From positions 1 through 27,166 of the forward strand of contig JAVKIH010000033.1 of assembly GCA_031459625.1 (NCBI GenBank): a stretch of DNA of 27,166 bases, given 5' to 3'. The position numbers and the translations under genes are program-made. Within the stretch, counting starts at the first letter, position 1. Each line of letters opens with the position of its first letter. This document shows positions 8,973 through 17,102 of the stretch, piece after piece. This stretch comes from Candidatus Geohabitans tengchongensis (GTDB taxonomy: Bacteria; Sysuimicrobiota; Sysuimicrobiia; Sysuimicrobiales; Humicultoraceae). The notes beneath the pieces were generated by a model. That model ran no database searches, was not told the origin of the DNA, and saw only the letters and a program-made list of their open reading frames with translations.

Positions 8973-9862
8973 GCCGGCGCCCCGTCCGGTGACCCTCCGG
9001 TCGGTCCGCCCTGCCCCCAGCCCGGGCGCGGCCGGCGACGGCGCCGCCTGCGACGCCGCCGCCCCCTCGGCACCCTCACCGCTCCTGCGACCGCCGGCGT
9101 CTCCTCTCGACTCACGGCCTCTCCGCCCTGAGCCTCTCCGGCCTGTGCCTCTGCGCCCCCGACCGCTGCGCTCTCAACCACGCTGCCCTCGACCACGCCG
9201 CCCTCGACCGCGCTGCCCTGGACCGTGCTGCCCCCGGCCGCCGGGACGGCTCCGGCCGGTTCGGCGGCCCACACCGGCTCTGCGCCGGCGGGGAGCTCCG
9301 GTGCCCTGCCCGCGTCCTCCTCCTCGGCCGGCGTCTCCTCCCCGCGTGCCCGCGCCGCTTCGCGCCGGGCCGGGACGAGGCGCGGCAGGTCCCGCTCCGC
9401 CGCGTCCTTGATCTTGGCCAGCATGCGGTCGAGCGCCCGGCCCATCACCAGGCGGGCTGTCGTCTCCCCCAGCAGCGGGATGCCGGTCTCCACCTCCACG
9501 CGGGCGCGCACCACGCTCTCCGCGCCCTCGGCGGTGACCGCGTACTCCCCCTCCAGGTGGCGGAAGGTGCCGCGGACCTGCCGGAACTCCACGCGCGCGG
9601 GAGGCCGCAGGCGGATCACCTGGACCGACTCCACCGGCATGCCGCCGAAGTAGCCGCGCAGCTCGGCCGTGACCTGCTGGCTCTCGCGCTCCAGGATGTC
9701 GGCGACCAGCCACAGGTCGGTGAACCAGCGGGGGAGGCTCTCCACCCGGCTGAGGAGCTGGTAGACCCGCTGCTGCGGGGCGCGGATCCGCCGCTCCCGC
9801 TCGACGCGCACGGGACGGGGCGCGGCGCGGCGCAGCCGTCCCGCGCCGCCGGACGTCCTCAC
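8969..9862 (-). CDS. SRPBCC (polyketide cyclase/START-like) domain protein with an acidic/Arg-rich disordered tail
   Basis: ERRIRAPQQRVYQLLSRVESLPRW...FRQVRGTFRHLEGEY...LAKIKDAAE. Coupled to both neighbours by GTGA/ATGA overlaps. Confidence 0.75.
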   Translation of the reverse strand: MRTSGGAGRLRRAAPRPVRVERERRIRAPQQRVYQLLSRVESLPRWFTDLWLVADILERESQQVTAELRGYFGGMPVESVQVIRLRPPARVEFRQVRGTFRHLEGEYAVTAEGAESVVRARVEVETGIPLLGETTARLVMGRALDRMLAKIKDAAERDLPRLVPARREAARARGEETPAEEEDAGRAPELPAGAEPVWAAEPAGAVPAAGGSTVQGSAVEGGVVEGSVVESAAVGGAEAQAGEAQGGEAVSREETPAVAGAVRVPRGRRRRRRRRRRPRPGWGQGGPTGGSPDGAPA

Positions 9863-11874
9863 CGGCGCCCTCCTGCCGCTCCGCCGGCGCCGCCCCCCGT
9901 CTCGTGCGGGTCCCCCGCGACACCGGGGCCTCCCCCCGCTTCGTGGGGCTCTCCCACGGCACCGGCCACGCCTCCCGGCTGGTGCGGGACTTCCCCGACA
10001 CCGGCGCCGCCGGCGCTCCCGTCGCGGGCCGGCGCGGCCCGCTCAGCCGAGGCGGCCCGTACCGCCTCGGCCAGGCGGATCACCCGGTCGTACCGCCCGA
10101 AGGCCGGGATCAGGTAGACGCCTTGCACCCGCGGCCGGATGGCGGCGATCAGGTCAAAGGCCAGCTGCAGCCCCACCTCCCGGGCGTCGCCGCCGGCCGC
10201 GCGCAGCCGCTCCCGCACGGCGTCCGGGACGGCCATCCCCGGGACCTCGTTGTGGAGGAACTCGGCGTGGCGGACGCCGTGCAGCGGCAGCACCCCGACG
10301 ATCACCGGCACCGGCAGCCGCCCCACCCGGGCCAGGAAGCGGTCGAGGGTCTCGGGGTCGAAGAGCGGCATGGTGCACAGGAAGTCGCACCCGGCCGCCA
10401 GCTTCTGCTCCAGGACGCGCAGCTCGCGGTCCAGGTGGCGCGCTCCCATGTTCAGCGCCGCGCCGACGACGAAGGCGGTGGGCTGCCCCAGGTCGTTGCC
10501 CGGCAGGTCCCGCCCCTGGTTGAACCGCTTCACCAGCCGGATCAGCCCCGTGGGGGTGACGTCGGAGACGGCCGTGGCCGTGGGGTAGTCCCCCAGCTGC
10601 GGCGGGTCGCCGCGCAGCACCAGCAGGTGGCGGATCCCCAGGGCGTGCAGCGCCAGCAGGTCCGACTGGACGCGCATGAGGTTGCGGTCGCGGGTGGTGA
10701 AGTGGAGGATCGTGGGCAGCCCCACCTCCTGCTCGATGCGCAGGGCCATCCCCCAGGGGCTCATGCGCAGGCGGGCCATGGGGTTGTCGGGGACGTTCAC
10801 CGCGTCGACGCCGGCCTGGCGCAGCAGGCGGCAGGTACCCAGCTCCGGGCCCTCCTGGGTCCCCCGCGGCGGCGCCACCTCGACCGTGACGACGAAGCCG
10901 CGGCGCAGGCGCTCCGCCAGGGTCGTGGGCGGGGCCGGTGGGGCGGCCGGCTGCGGGGCGGCCGTCGGAGCCACGGTCAGGCGCGGCGGGCGCCGCCACG
11001 CCGCCGTCGCAACCGCCTCACCCATGGCGCGGATGTGCTGGGGCGTGGTCCCGCAGCACCCGCCCACGATGGCCACCCCGAGCTCGACCAGCTGCCGTGC
11101 GTAGTCGGCCATGTAGGCGGGCGTGGAGGCGTAGATCACCCGCCCGCCCACGTAGGAGGGGAAGCCGGCGTTGGGCATGGCCGAGAGCGGCAGCCGCGTC
11201 AGCAGCACCAGCTGCTCCATCACCTGCAGGATGCCCTGGGCGCCCACGCTGCAGTTGGCCCCCAGCGCCGCCACCCCCAGCGGCTCGAGCCGCGCCACGA
11301 TGTCGGCGGGGGTGTGGCCCAGCAGCGTGCGCCCCTCGTGGGTGAAGGTCATCTGCGCCACGATGGGGAGCGCCGCGGCCGCCCGGGCTGCGGCCACCCC
11401 GGCGGCCAGCTCGGCCAGGTCGGTGAAGGTCTCGAAGAGGAGGAGGTCCACCCCGCCCTCGGCCAGGGCCGCGGCCTGCTCGGCGAAGACCTCCCCCGCC
11501 TCCTCGGGCGTGACCGCCCCGAGCGGCGCCAGCGGCCGGCCGATCGGCCCGATCGACCCGGCCACCCACACCCGCCGCCCGGCCGCGGCGGCGACCTCCC
11601 GGGCCAGCCGGGCGCCGGCCACGTTCAGCTCGCGCACGCGCTCCTCCAGGCCGTGGGCGGCCAGCTTGAAGCGGTTGGCCCCGAAGGTGTTGGTCTCCAG
11701 CAGCTCGGCGCCCGCCTCCACGTACTCCCGGTGGATCGCCTGCACGAGGTCGGGCTGCTCGGCGTTGAGGGCGTCGAAGCACTGGTCGAAGGGGACGCCG
11801 CGGGCGTAGAGCATGGTGCCCATGGCCCCGTCGGCCAGCAGCGGACCGCGCGCCAGCCGCTCCAGGAACTCCAC
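9859..11874 (-). CDS. yitJ: Bifunctional homocysteine S-methyltransferase / 5,10-methylenetetrahydrofolate reductase (YitJ-like)
   Basis: LADGAMGT, ETNTFGAN, GANCS, PNAG, GGCCGTTP in the HMT domain; PDNPMARLRM, RDRN, RGDPP, EFLHNEVPG in the MTHFR domain. Confidence 0.92.
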   Translation of the reverse strand: MEFLERLARGPLLADGAMGTMLYARGVPFDQCFDALNAEQPDLVQAIHREYVEAGAELLETNTFGANRFKLAAHGLEERVRELNVAGARLAREVAAAAGRRVWVAGSIGPIGRPLAPLGAVTPEEAGEVFAEQAAALAEGGVDLLLFETFTDLAELAAGVAAARAAAALPIVAQMTFTHEGRTLLGHTPADIVARLEPLGVAALGANCSVGAQGILQVMEQLVLLTRLPLSAMPNAGFPSYVGGRVIYASTPAYMADYARQLVELGVAIVGGCCGTTPQHIRAMGEAVATAAWRRPPRLTVAPTAAPQPAAPPAPPTTLAERLRRGFVVTVEVAPPRGTQEGPELGTCRLLRQAGVDAVNVPDNPMARLRMSPWGMALRIEQEVGLPTILHFTTRDRNLMRVQSDLLALHALGIRHLLVLRGDPPQLGDYPTATAVSDVTPTGLIRLVKRFNQGRDLPGNDLGQPTAFVVGAALNMGARHLDRELRVLEQKLAAGCDFLCTMPLFDPETLDRFLARVGRLPVPVIVGVLPLHGVRHAEFLHNEVPGMAVPDAVRERLRAAGGDAREVGLQLAFDLIAAIRPRVQGVYLIPAFGRYDRVIRLAEAVRAASAERAAPARDGSAGGAGVGEVPHQPGGVAGAVGEPHEAGGGPGVAGDPHETGGGAGGAAGGRR

Positions 11875-13020
11875 TCAGCCCGCCTCCAGCAACGACTTGG
11901 CGATGATGATGCGCTGGATCTCCGAGGTGCCCTCGCCGATCTCCGTGAGCTTCACGTCCCGGTAGATGCGCTCCACCACCGCCCCCTTGATGAACCCGTA
12001 CCCGCCGTGGATCTGCACCGCCCGCGTGGCCGCGCGCGCCGCCGCCTCCGAGGCGTAGAGCTTGGCCATGGAGGCCTCGCGTCGGTACGGCCCTCCCCGG
12101 TCCAGGGCGGCCGCGGCCCGGGCCACGAGCAGCCAGGCGGCGTCCAGCTCCGCCGCCATGTCGGCGATCATGAAGGCGATGGCCTGGTGCTCGGCCAGCG
12201 GCTTCCCGAAGGCGCGCCGCTGCTGTGCGTACTCGACGCTGGCCTCCAGCGCCGCGCGCCCCAGCCCCACCGCCAGCGCCCCGATCCCGATGCGGCCGCC
12301 CTCCAGGACGCGCATCGCCTGGGCGTAGCCCTCCCCCTCCTCGCCGATGCGCTGCGCCACCGGGACCTCCGCGTCCTCGAAGATCACCTCGGCGGTGTCG
12401 CTGGTGCGCACGCCCAGCTTGTCCTCGTGCTTGCCGATGCGCAGCCCCGGGGTGTCCCGCTCCAGGACGAAGGCGGTGATGCCGCGCTTCCCGGCCCCCG
12501 GATCGGTCACGGCCATGACGACGTAGACGCCGCCCAGGCTCCCCTGGGTGACGAAGACCTTGGTGCCGTTCAGCACGTAGACGTCCCCGCGGCGCTCGGC
12601 GCGCGTCTGGATGGCCGCGGCGTCGCTGCCGGCGCCGGGCTCGGTCAGGCACCACGCGCCGAGCGCCTCCCCGGAGGCCAGCCGGGGCAGGAAGCGGCGC
12701 TTCTGCTCCTCGCTGCCGAAGCGCACCAGGTGCGCGGTGCACAGCGAGTTGTGGGAGGCGACGGTGAGGGCCACCCCGCCGTCGGCCCAGGCCAGGGCCT
12801 CGATGGCCAGCGCCAGGCTGACGGTGTCGAGCCCGGCCCCGCCGTAGGCGGCGGGCACGGTCATCCCCCACAGCCCCAGGGCGGCCAGCCGGGGGATGAG
12901 GGCGGTGGGGAAGCGCCCCTCGCGGTCCCAGGCGGCGGCGTACGGCCGCACCTCGCCCGCGGCGAAGTCACGCACGGTGCGCTGGACGAGGCGCTGCTCC
13001 TCGGTCAGCGCGAAGTCCAC
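11875..13020 (-). CDS. Acyl-CoA dehydrogenase (short/branched-chain type)
   Basis: [57 protein letters not shown]. Confidence 0.95.
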   Translation of the reverse strand: MDFALTEEQRLVQRTVRDFAAGEVRPYAAAWDREGRFPTALIPRLAALGLWGMTVPAAYGGAGLDTVSLALAIEALAWADGGVALTVASHNSLCTAHLVRFGSEEQKRRFLPRLASGEALGAWCLTEPGAGSDAAAIQTRAERRGDVYVLNGTKVFVTQGSLGGVYVVMAVTDPGAGKRGITAFVLERDTPGLRIGKHEDKLGVRTSDTAEVIFEDAEVPVAQRIGEEGEGYAQAMRVLEGGRIGIGALAVGLGRAALEASVEYAQQRRAFGKPLAEHQAIAFMIADMAAELDAAWLLVARAAAALDRGGPYRREASMAKLYASEAAARAATRAVQIHGGYGFIKGAVVERIYRDVKLTEIGEGTSEIQRIIIAKSLLEAG

Positions 13021-13075
13021 GCCCGCCTCCCCGCCCCAGGGCCGCGGGCGCGGACCGCCGCCCGCCCCGGTCGTC

Positions 13076-14548
13076 TCACCCCTTCACCACGCCGATGGGG
13101 CGCTGCCGGGTCACCCGCCGGCTCAGCCCGGCGGCGTGGCAGACCTCCACGACGCTGGCCACGTCCTTGTAGGCGTCGGGGGCCTCCTCGGCCAGGAGCG
13201 AGCGGTCCTGGGCCCGCACGACGATGCCCTGGGCCCGCAGCCGCGCGGCCACGTCCACCCCGGCCAGCTGCCGCACCGCCGCCCGCCGCCCCAGCACCCG
13301 CCCCGCCCCGTGGCAGGTGGAGCCGAAGGAGCGCTGCATCGCCGTCTCGGTCCCCACCATGACGAAGGAGTAGCGGCCCATGTCGCCCGGCACGAGCACC
13401 GGCTGACCGATGGCGCGGTAGCGCTCCGGGACCTCGGGGTGCCCCGGCGGGAAGGCGCGCGTGGCGCCCTTGCGGTGGACGCACACCGTCACCCGGCGGC
13501 CGTCCACCTCGTAGGGCTCGACCTTGGCGATGTTGTGGGCCACGTCGTACACCAGGTCCATGCCGAGCTCCCGGGCGTCACGCCCGAACACCTTGGCGAA
13601 GGCCTCGCGGGCCCAGTGGGTGATGAGCTGCCGGTTGGCCCAGGCGAAGTTGGCGGCGGCGCACATGGCCGCGAAGTAGTCCTGCCCCTCCCGGGAGCGG
13701 AAGGGGACACAGGCCAGCTGCCGGTCCACCAGGCGGATGTGGTACTGGCGCTCGGCGGCCCGCTCGGCCACGCGCAGGTAGTCGGTGCAGACCTGGTGCC
13801 CCAGCCCGCGCGACCCGCAGTGGATGAAGACCACCACCTGGCCGGGGAAGAGGCCCAGGACTTCGGCGGCCCGGGCGTCGTAGACCTGGTCGACCACCTG
13901 CACCTCCAGGAAGTGGTTGCCCGAGCCGAGGGTGCCCACCTGGGCGCGGCCGCGCTTCTTCGCTTCGGGGCTGACCTTGTCCGGGTCGGCCTGCTCGAGG
14001 GCCCCGCGGGCCTCGATCACCTCCACGTCCTCGGGCCAGCCGAACCCCTCCGCCACCGCCCACTGCGCCCCGCGCCCGAGCGCCCGGTCCATGCGGGGGC
14101 CGTCCAGGCGCACCCGGCCGGTCCCGCCCACCCCCGCCGGCACGGCGCGGAAGAGCTCCTCCACCAGGGCCTCCAGGTGCGGGCGCACGTCGGCCTCGGT
14201 CAGGTTGGTGCGGATGAGCCGCACCCCGCAGTCGATGTCGAACCCGATGCCGCCCGGCGAGATCACCCCCTCGTCGAGGTCGAAGGCCGCCACCCCTCCC
14301 ACCGGGAAGCCGTAGCCCCAGTGGATGTCCGGCATGGCCAGGGACCAGCCGACGATGCCGGGCAGCGTGGCCACGTTGGCCACCTGCTCCAGGGCCTGCT
14401 CCTCCCCGATCTGCCGCAGCAGGCGCTCGTCGGCGAAGACCAGCCCGGGCACGCGCATCCCGGGCTTGTAGGTCGTCGGGATCTCCCAGCGGTAGTCGTC
14501 GACCTTGCGCAGGATGCGTGTCCAGGGTGTGGCCGTCCGCGTCTCCAT
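13076..14548 (-). CDS. rtcB: RtcB-family RNA 2',3'-cyclic-phosphate/3'-phosphate ligase (long, archaeal-like type)
   Basis: MPDIHWGYGFPVGG, DIDCGVR, GTLGSGNHF, HCGSRG, HNIAK, HRKGAT, HGAGR, EEAPDAYK, VKG end. ATG at 14548 follows GGGAGAGG. Confidence 0.95.
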   Translation of the reverse strand: METRTATPWTRILRKVDDYRWEIPTTYKPGMRVPGLVFADERLLRQIGEEQALEQVANVATLPGIVGWSLAMPDIHWGYGFPVGGVAAFDLDEGVISPGGIGFDIDCGVRLIRTNLTEADVRPHLEALVEELFRAVPAGVGGTGRVRLDGPRMDRALGRGAQWAVAEGFGWPEDVEVIEARGALEQADPDKVSPEAKKRGRAQVGTLGSGNHFLEVQVVDQVYDARAAEVLGLFPGQVVVFIHCGSRGLGHQVCTDYLRVAERAAERQYHIRLVDRQLACVPFRSREGQDYFAAMCAAANFAWANRQLITHWAREAFAKVFGRDARELGMDLVYDVAHNIAKVEPYEVDGRRVTVCVHRKGATRAFPPGHPEVPERYRAIGQPVLVPGDMGRYSFVMVGTETAMQRSFGSTCHGAGRVLGRRAAVRQLAGVDVAARLRAQGIVVRAQDRSLLAEEAPDAYKDVASVVEVCHAAGLSRRVTRQRPIGVVKG

Positions 14549-14576
14549 CGCCTCTCCCCCCTGACGCTCCCCGACG

Positions 14577-14609
14577 AAAAACGCCCCCCATGACACACCA
14601 TGAGGGGCG
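14577..14609 (-). terminator. Intrinsic terminator after the nifU-like gene
   Basis: Minus-strand RNA CGCCCCUCAUG-GUGUGU-CAUGGGGGGCG-UUUUU: an 11-bp stem with one G-U pair, followed by a U-tract. Confidence 0.75.
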
Positions 14610-14643
14610 GACGGCGCAGCGGCGCGCCGGGCAGGCGCCGCGC

Positions 14644-14949
14644 CTAGAACGGGATGGCCTCGACCGCCTTGATCTCCGAAACCTGTTCCTTGAGCATGCG
14701 CTCGATGCCCGCCTGCAGGGTCATCATCGAGTACATGCAGCCCACGCAGGCGCCGGCCAGGCGGATCTGGACGATGTCCTCGACGATGTCGACCAGCTCG
14801 ATGTCCCCGCCGTCCGCCTGGACGTAGGGCCGGATCATCTCCAGGACGGCCTCGACGCGCTCCCGCGTCCCCGCCCCGGTGGCCGGCGCAGCCCCGGTCA
14901 CCGACCCCGCCCCGGCCACCGGCCCGTTACTCGTCACCGTCTCCGCCAT
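14644..14949 (-). CDS. NifU C-terminal-domain (Nfu-type) Fe-S carrier
   Basis: IRPYVQADGGDIELV...LAGACVGC...TLQAGIERML. Confidence 0.92.
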   Translation of the reverse strand: MAETVTSNGPVAGAGSVTGAAPATGAGTRERVEAVLEMIRPYVQADGGDIELVDIVEDIVQIRLAGACVGCMYSMMTLQAGIERMLKEQVSEIKAVEAIPF

Positions 14950-15030
14950 CCGTCGCCCCCTCGTCCGCCGCCCGTCACCAGTCGTCGCCCGCGCCGTCGC
15001 AGTCCTCGCCCGCGCCGCCGCCCGCGCCCG

Positions 15031-15420
15031 TCAGCAGCCGCGCCCGTCCTCCCCGCAGGGTTCGGCCTGCCCGGGGTCCTCCGCCGTGGTGAAGGAGTGG
15101 CCGCACCCGCAGGTGGCCACCGCGTTGGGGTTGCGCACCGCAAACCCCTCACCCATCACCGAGCGGTGGTAGTCGATCTCGGCCCCCCGCAGCAGGCGCG
15201 CGGCCAGCGCGTCCACCAGGAGGCGCACCCCGTGCTGCTCGACCACCTGGTCGCCGGGCTGGACCTCGGTGTCGAGCGTCATCCCGTAGGAGTACCCCGA
15301 GCACCCGCCGCGGGTGACGAAGAGCCGCAGAGCCGTCCCGGGCGCCTCCTGGGCCAGCAGGTCCCGCAGCCGCTCGGCGGCGGCGGGCGTCAGCGTGATC
15401 GGATCCTGGGTGATGGCCAT
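15031..15420 (-). CDS. HesB/IscA/ErpA A-type Fe-S carrier protein
   Basis: ITLTPAAA, GGCSGYSY, IDY, NPNAVATCGCGHSF. Confidence 0.93.
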   Translation of the reverse strand: MAITQDPITLTPAAAERLRDLLAQEAPGTALRLFVTRGGCSGYSYGMTLDTEVQPGDQVVEQHGVRLLVDALAARLLRGAEIDYHRSVMGEGFAVRNPNAVATCGCGHSFTTAEDPGQAEPCGEDGRGC

Positions 15421-15429
15421 GACAGGACC

Positions 15430-15458
15430 ATTCTGGCACCCGCCGCAGGGGGTGTCAA
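15430..15458 (-). promoter_or_regulatory. Sigma70-type promoter for the iscA-nifU unit
   Basis: TTGACA (15458-15453), 17-nt spacer ending in TGc, CAGAAT (15435-15430), then 9 nt to the ATG. Confidence 0.7.
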
Positions 15459-15537
15459 TTTGCGCGTCGGTGACGCCCGTCGCGGGTGATGCGCCGGTGC
15501 GCCAGTCACGGGTGACGGGCGGGAGACCCCGCCCGGG

Positions 15538-16107
15538 TTACGCGCGGGAGGCGCCGGCCACGGGCTGCGGGGCGTCCCGCTCGGCATCCACCGGGCAGAA
15601 GAACCCGAAGGGCTCGCGCGGGTCCGGGTTGAGGAACTGGTGGGGCGCCCCCGGCGGCACGTAGACCACGTCCAGCGGCCGCACCTCGAAGCGCTCCGCG
15701 CCCACGCGCACCACGCCGCGCCCGCGCACGACGACCACGGCGTGCACGTGCCGGTGGCGCTCCAGGCTGCTGTACCCGCCCGGCGCCACCTCGAAGTAGC
15801 GCAGGTGGAAGCGGGCCGGCTCGCCGGCGCTGCCGATGAGCGTGTGGCGCGTCACCCCCTCCCAGGCGAGGTCCGCCTCCCGGGCCGGCTTGTAGGCCTG
15901 CGGGGGGACGCCCTCCCAGGTGAAGGTGGCCGGGTCGAAGCGCATCAGCACCCGGCTCGTCCGGAGGCCCGGTTCCGGGATTTCACAGGAGGACGCGTAG
16001 AGGGCGGACGCGGCACCCTCCGGTGCGGGTGCCCGCCGGCGCCCGGCCGGTCCGGGCCGCTCCGGACGCAGCCCTCCTCCGCCTGACCGCCGCCGGACCC
16101 TCCTCAC
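15538..16107 (-). CDS. Cupin-2 protein resembling the R. rubrum Rru_A2000 methylthioxylulose-5-phosphate methylsulfurylase family
   Basis: W.GV..AYK, VTRHTL, LRYFEVAPGGYSSLERHRHVH, PHQF, GFFCPVDAERD.PQ. Start is either GTG 16107 (GTGA overlap) or ATG 15945. The similarity is from recall, not an alignment. Confidence 0.75.
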   Translation of the reverse strand: MRRVRRRSGGGGLRPERPGPAGRRRAPAPEGAASALYASSCEIPEPGLRTSRVLMRFDPATFTWEGVPPQAYKPAREADLAWEGVTRHTLIGSAGEPARFHLRYFEVAPGGYSSLERHRHVHAVVVVRGRGVVRVGAERFEVRPLDVVYVPPGAPHQFLNPDPREPFGFFCPVDAERDAPQPVAGASRA

Positions 16108-17102
16108 GGCCTCACCACCACCTTCAGCGCGTCGCCCGACGCCACCAGCCGGTATCCCTCGGCCGCACGCTCGAGCGGCAGCCGGTGGGTGACCAGCCGC
16201 TCGACGGGCAGCCCCGCCGCCAGCAGCCGCAGCGCCTCCCGGGTGTCGGCCGGCCCGGCGGAGTAGCTGGGGATCACCGACACCTCCCGGAAGAAGAGGT
16301 CGTGCACCGCCAGGGGGAAGGTGGCGCCGGGCGGGAGCGGGGCAAAGAGCACGAGGCGTCCCGCCGGTGCCGTGCAGGCCATCCCGGTGGCGATGGCGTC
16401 GACGCTGGGTGGGGTCACCACGACCACGTCGGCTCCCCCACCCGGGACCGCTTTGTCGATGTCGCCTCCGAGCGCGCGCGCCGTCTCCTGGCGGTCCGGG
16501 CGCACGTCCAGCCCCGCCACCACCGCCGCCCCCAACGCCCGCGCCGCCAGCACGTGCAGGAGGCCCATCACCCCCAGGCCCACGACGGCCACGCGGTCCC
16601 CCTCCCGCAATCCCGCCCGCCGCAGGCTCTTCACCGCGCAGGCCAGCGGTTCGACGAAGACCCCCCGCTCGTCGTCGACCTCCTGTGGCAGCGGCAGGAG
16701 GTCGGCTGCGACGATCTCAGGCGGGACGAGGGTATAGTCGGCCAGCCCTCCGGGCTCCAGCCGGGTCCGGCGCCAGGTGGGGCAGTGCACGGCATCCCCG
16801 CGGCGGCAGGCCCGGCACGCGCCGCACGGCGCGTGGTGGTGGACGAAGACCCGCGTCCCTTCGGGGAGCTCGACGCCCGGCCCTGTCGCCGCCACCTCGC
16901 CCACCGGCTCGTGGCCAAGCGGGACCGGCGCCTTGCGCGCCATGTACCAGGCCATGGTCTCGCCGCTGCACAGCCCGCAGGCGCGGACGCGCACCAGGAC
17001 CTCACCCGGCCCAGGAGGTCGCAGCGGCCGCGTCTCCAGTCGGACGTCCCCCTCGCCGTGGTAGACCGCGGCCCGCGTGAGCGTGGGCAGCGTCAGGGCC
17101 AC
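16104..17102 (-). CDS. Zn-dependent MDR polyol-dehydrogenase-like protein (probably NAD-preferring)
   Basis: GLCSGE, LGHE, CGACRAC...HC, EPLAC, VVGLGVMG, GLD at the end of the second Rossmann strand. GTG start overlaps the upstream gene end. Confidence 0.88.
   Translation of the reverse strand: MALTLPTLTRAAVYHGEGDVRLETRPLRPPGPGEVLVRVRACGLCSGETMAWYMARKAPVPLGHEPVGEVAATGPGVELPEGTRVFVHHHAPCGACRACRRGDAVHCPTWRRTRLEPGGLADYTLVPPEIVAADLLPLPQEVDDERGVFVEPLACAVKSLRRAGLREGDRVAVVGLGVMGLLHVLAARALGAAVVAGLDVRPDRQETARALGGDIDKAVPGGGADVVVVTPPSVDAIATGMACTAPAGRLVLFAPLPPGATFPLAVHDLFFREVSVIPSYSAGPADTREALRLLAAGLPVERLVTHRLPLERAAEGYRLVASGDALKVVVRP

Noticed and set aside
11870..11880. SAM riboswitch upstream of yitJ
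   Set aside because: There is no leader: the GTG start directly abuts the acyl-CoA dehydrogenase stop.
9904..13362. 1152-aa plus-strand ORF (similarly 726-2012, 6936-9131, 12896-14593, 23190-25502 and others)
   Set aside because: Antisense shadows of well-supported minus-strand genes, expected at high GC. They contain no recognisable motifs.
14225..14245. RtcB motif DIDCG instead of DINCG
   Set aside because: The metal-binding Asp and Cys are intact, and the intervening residue varies among RtcB proteins.
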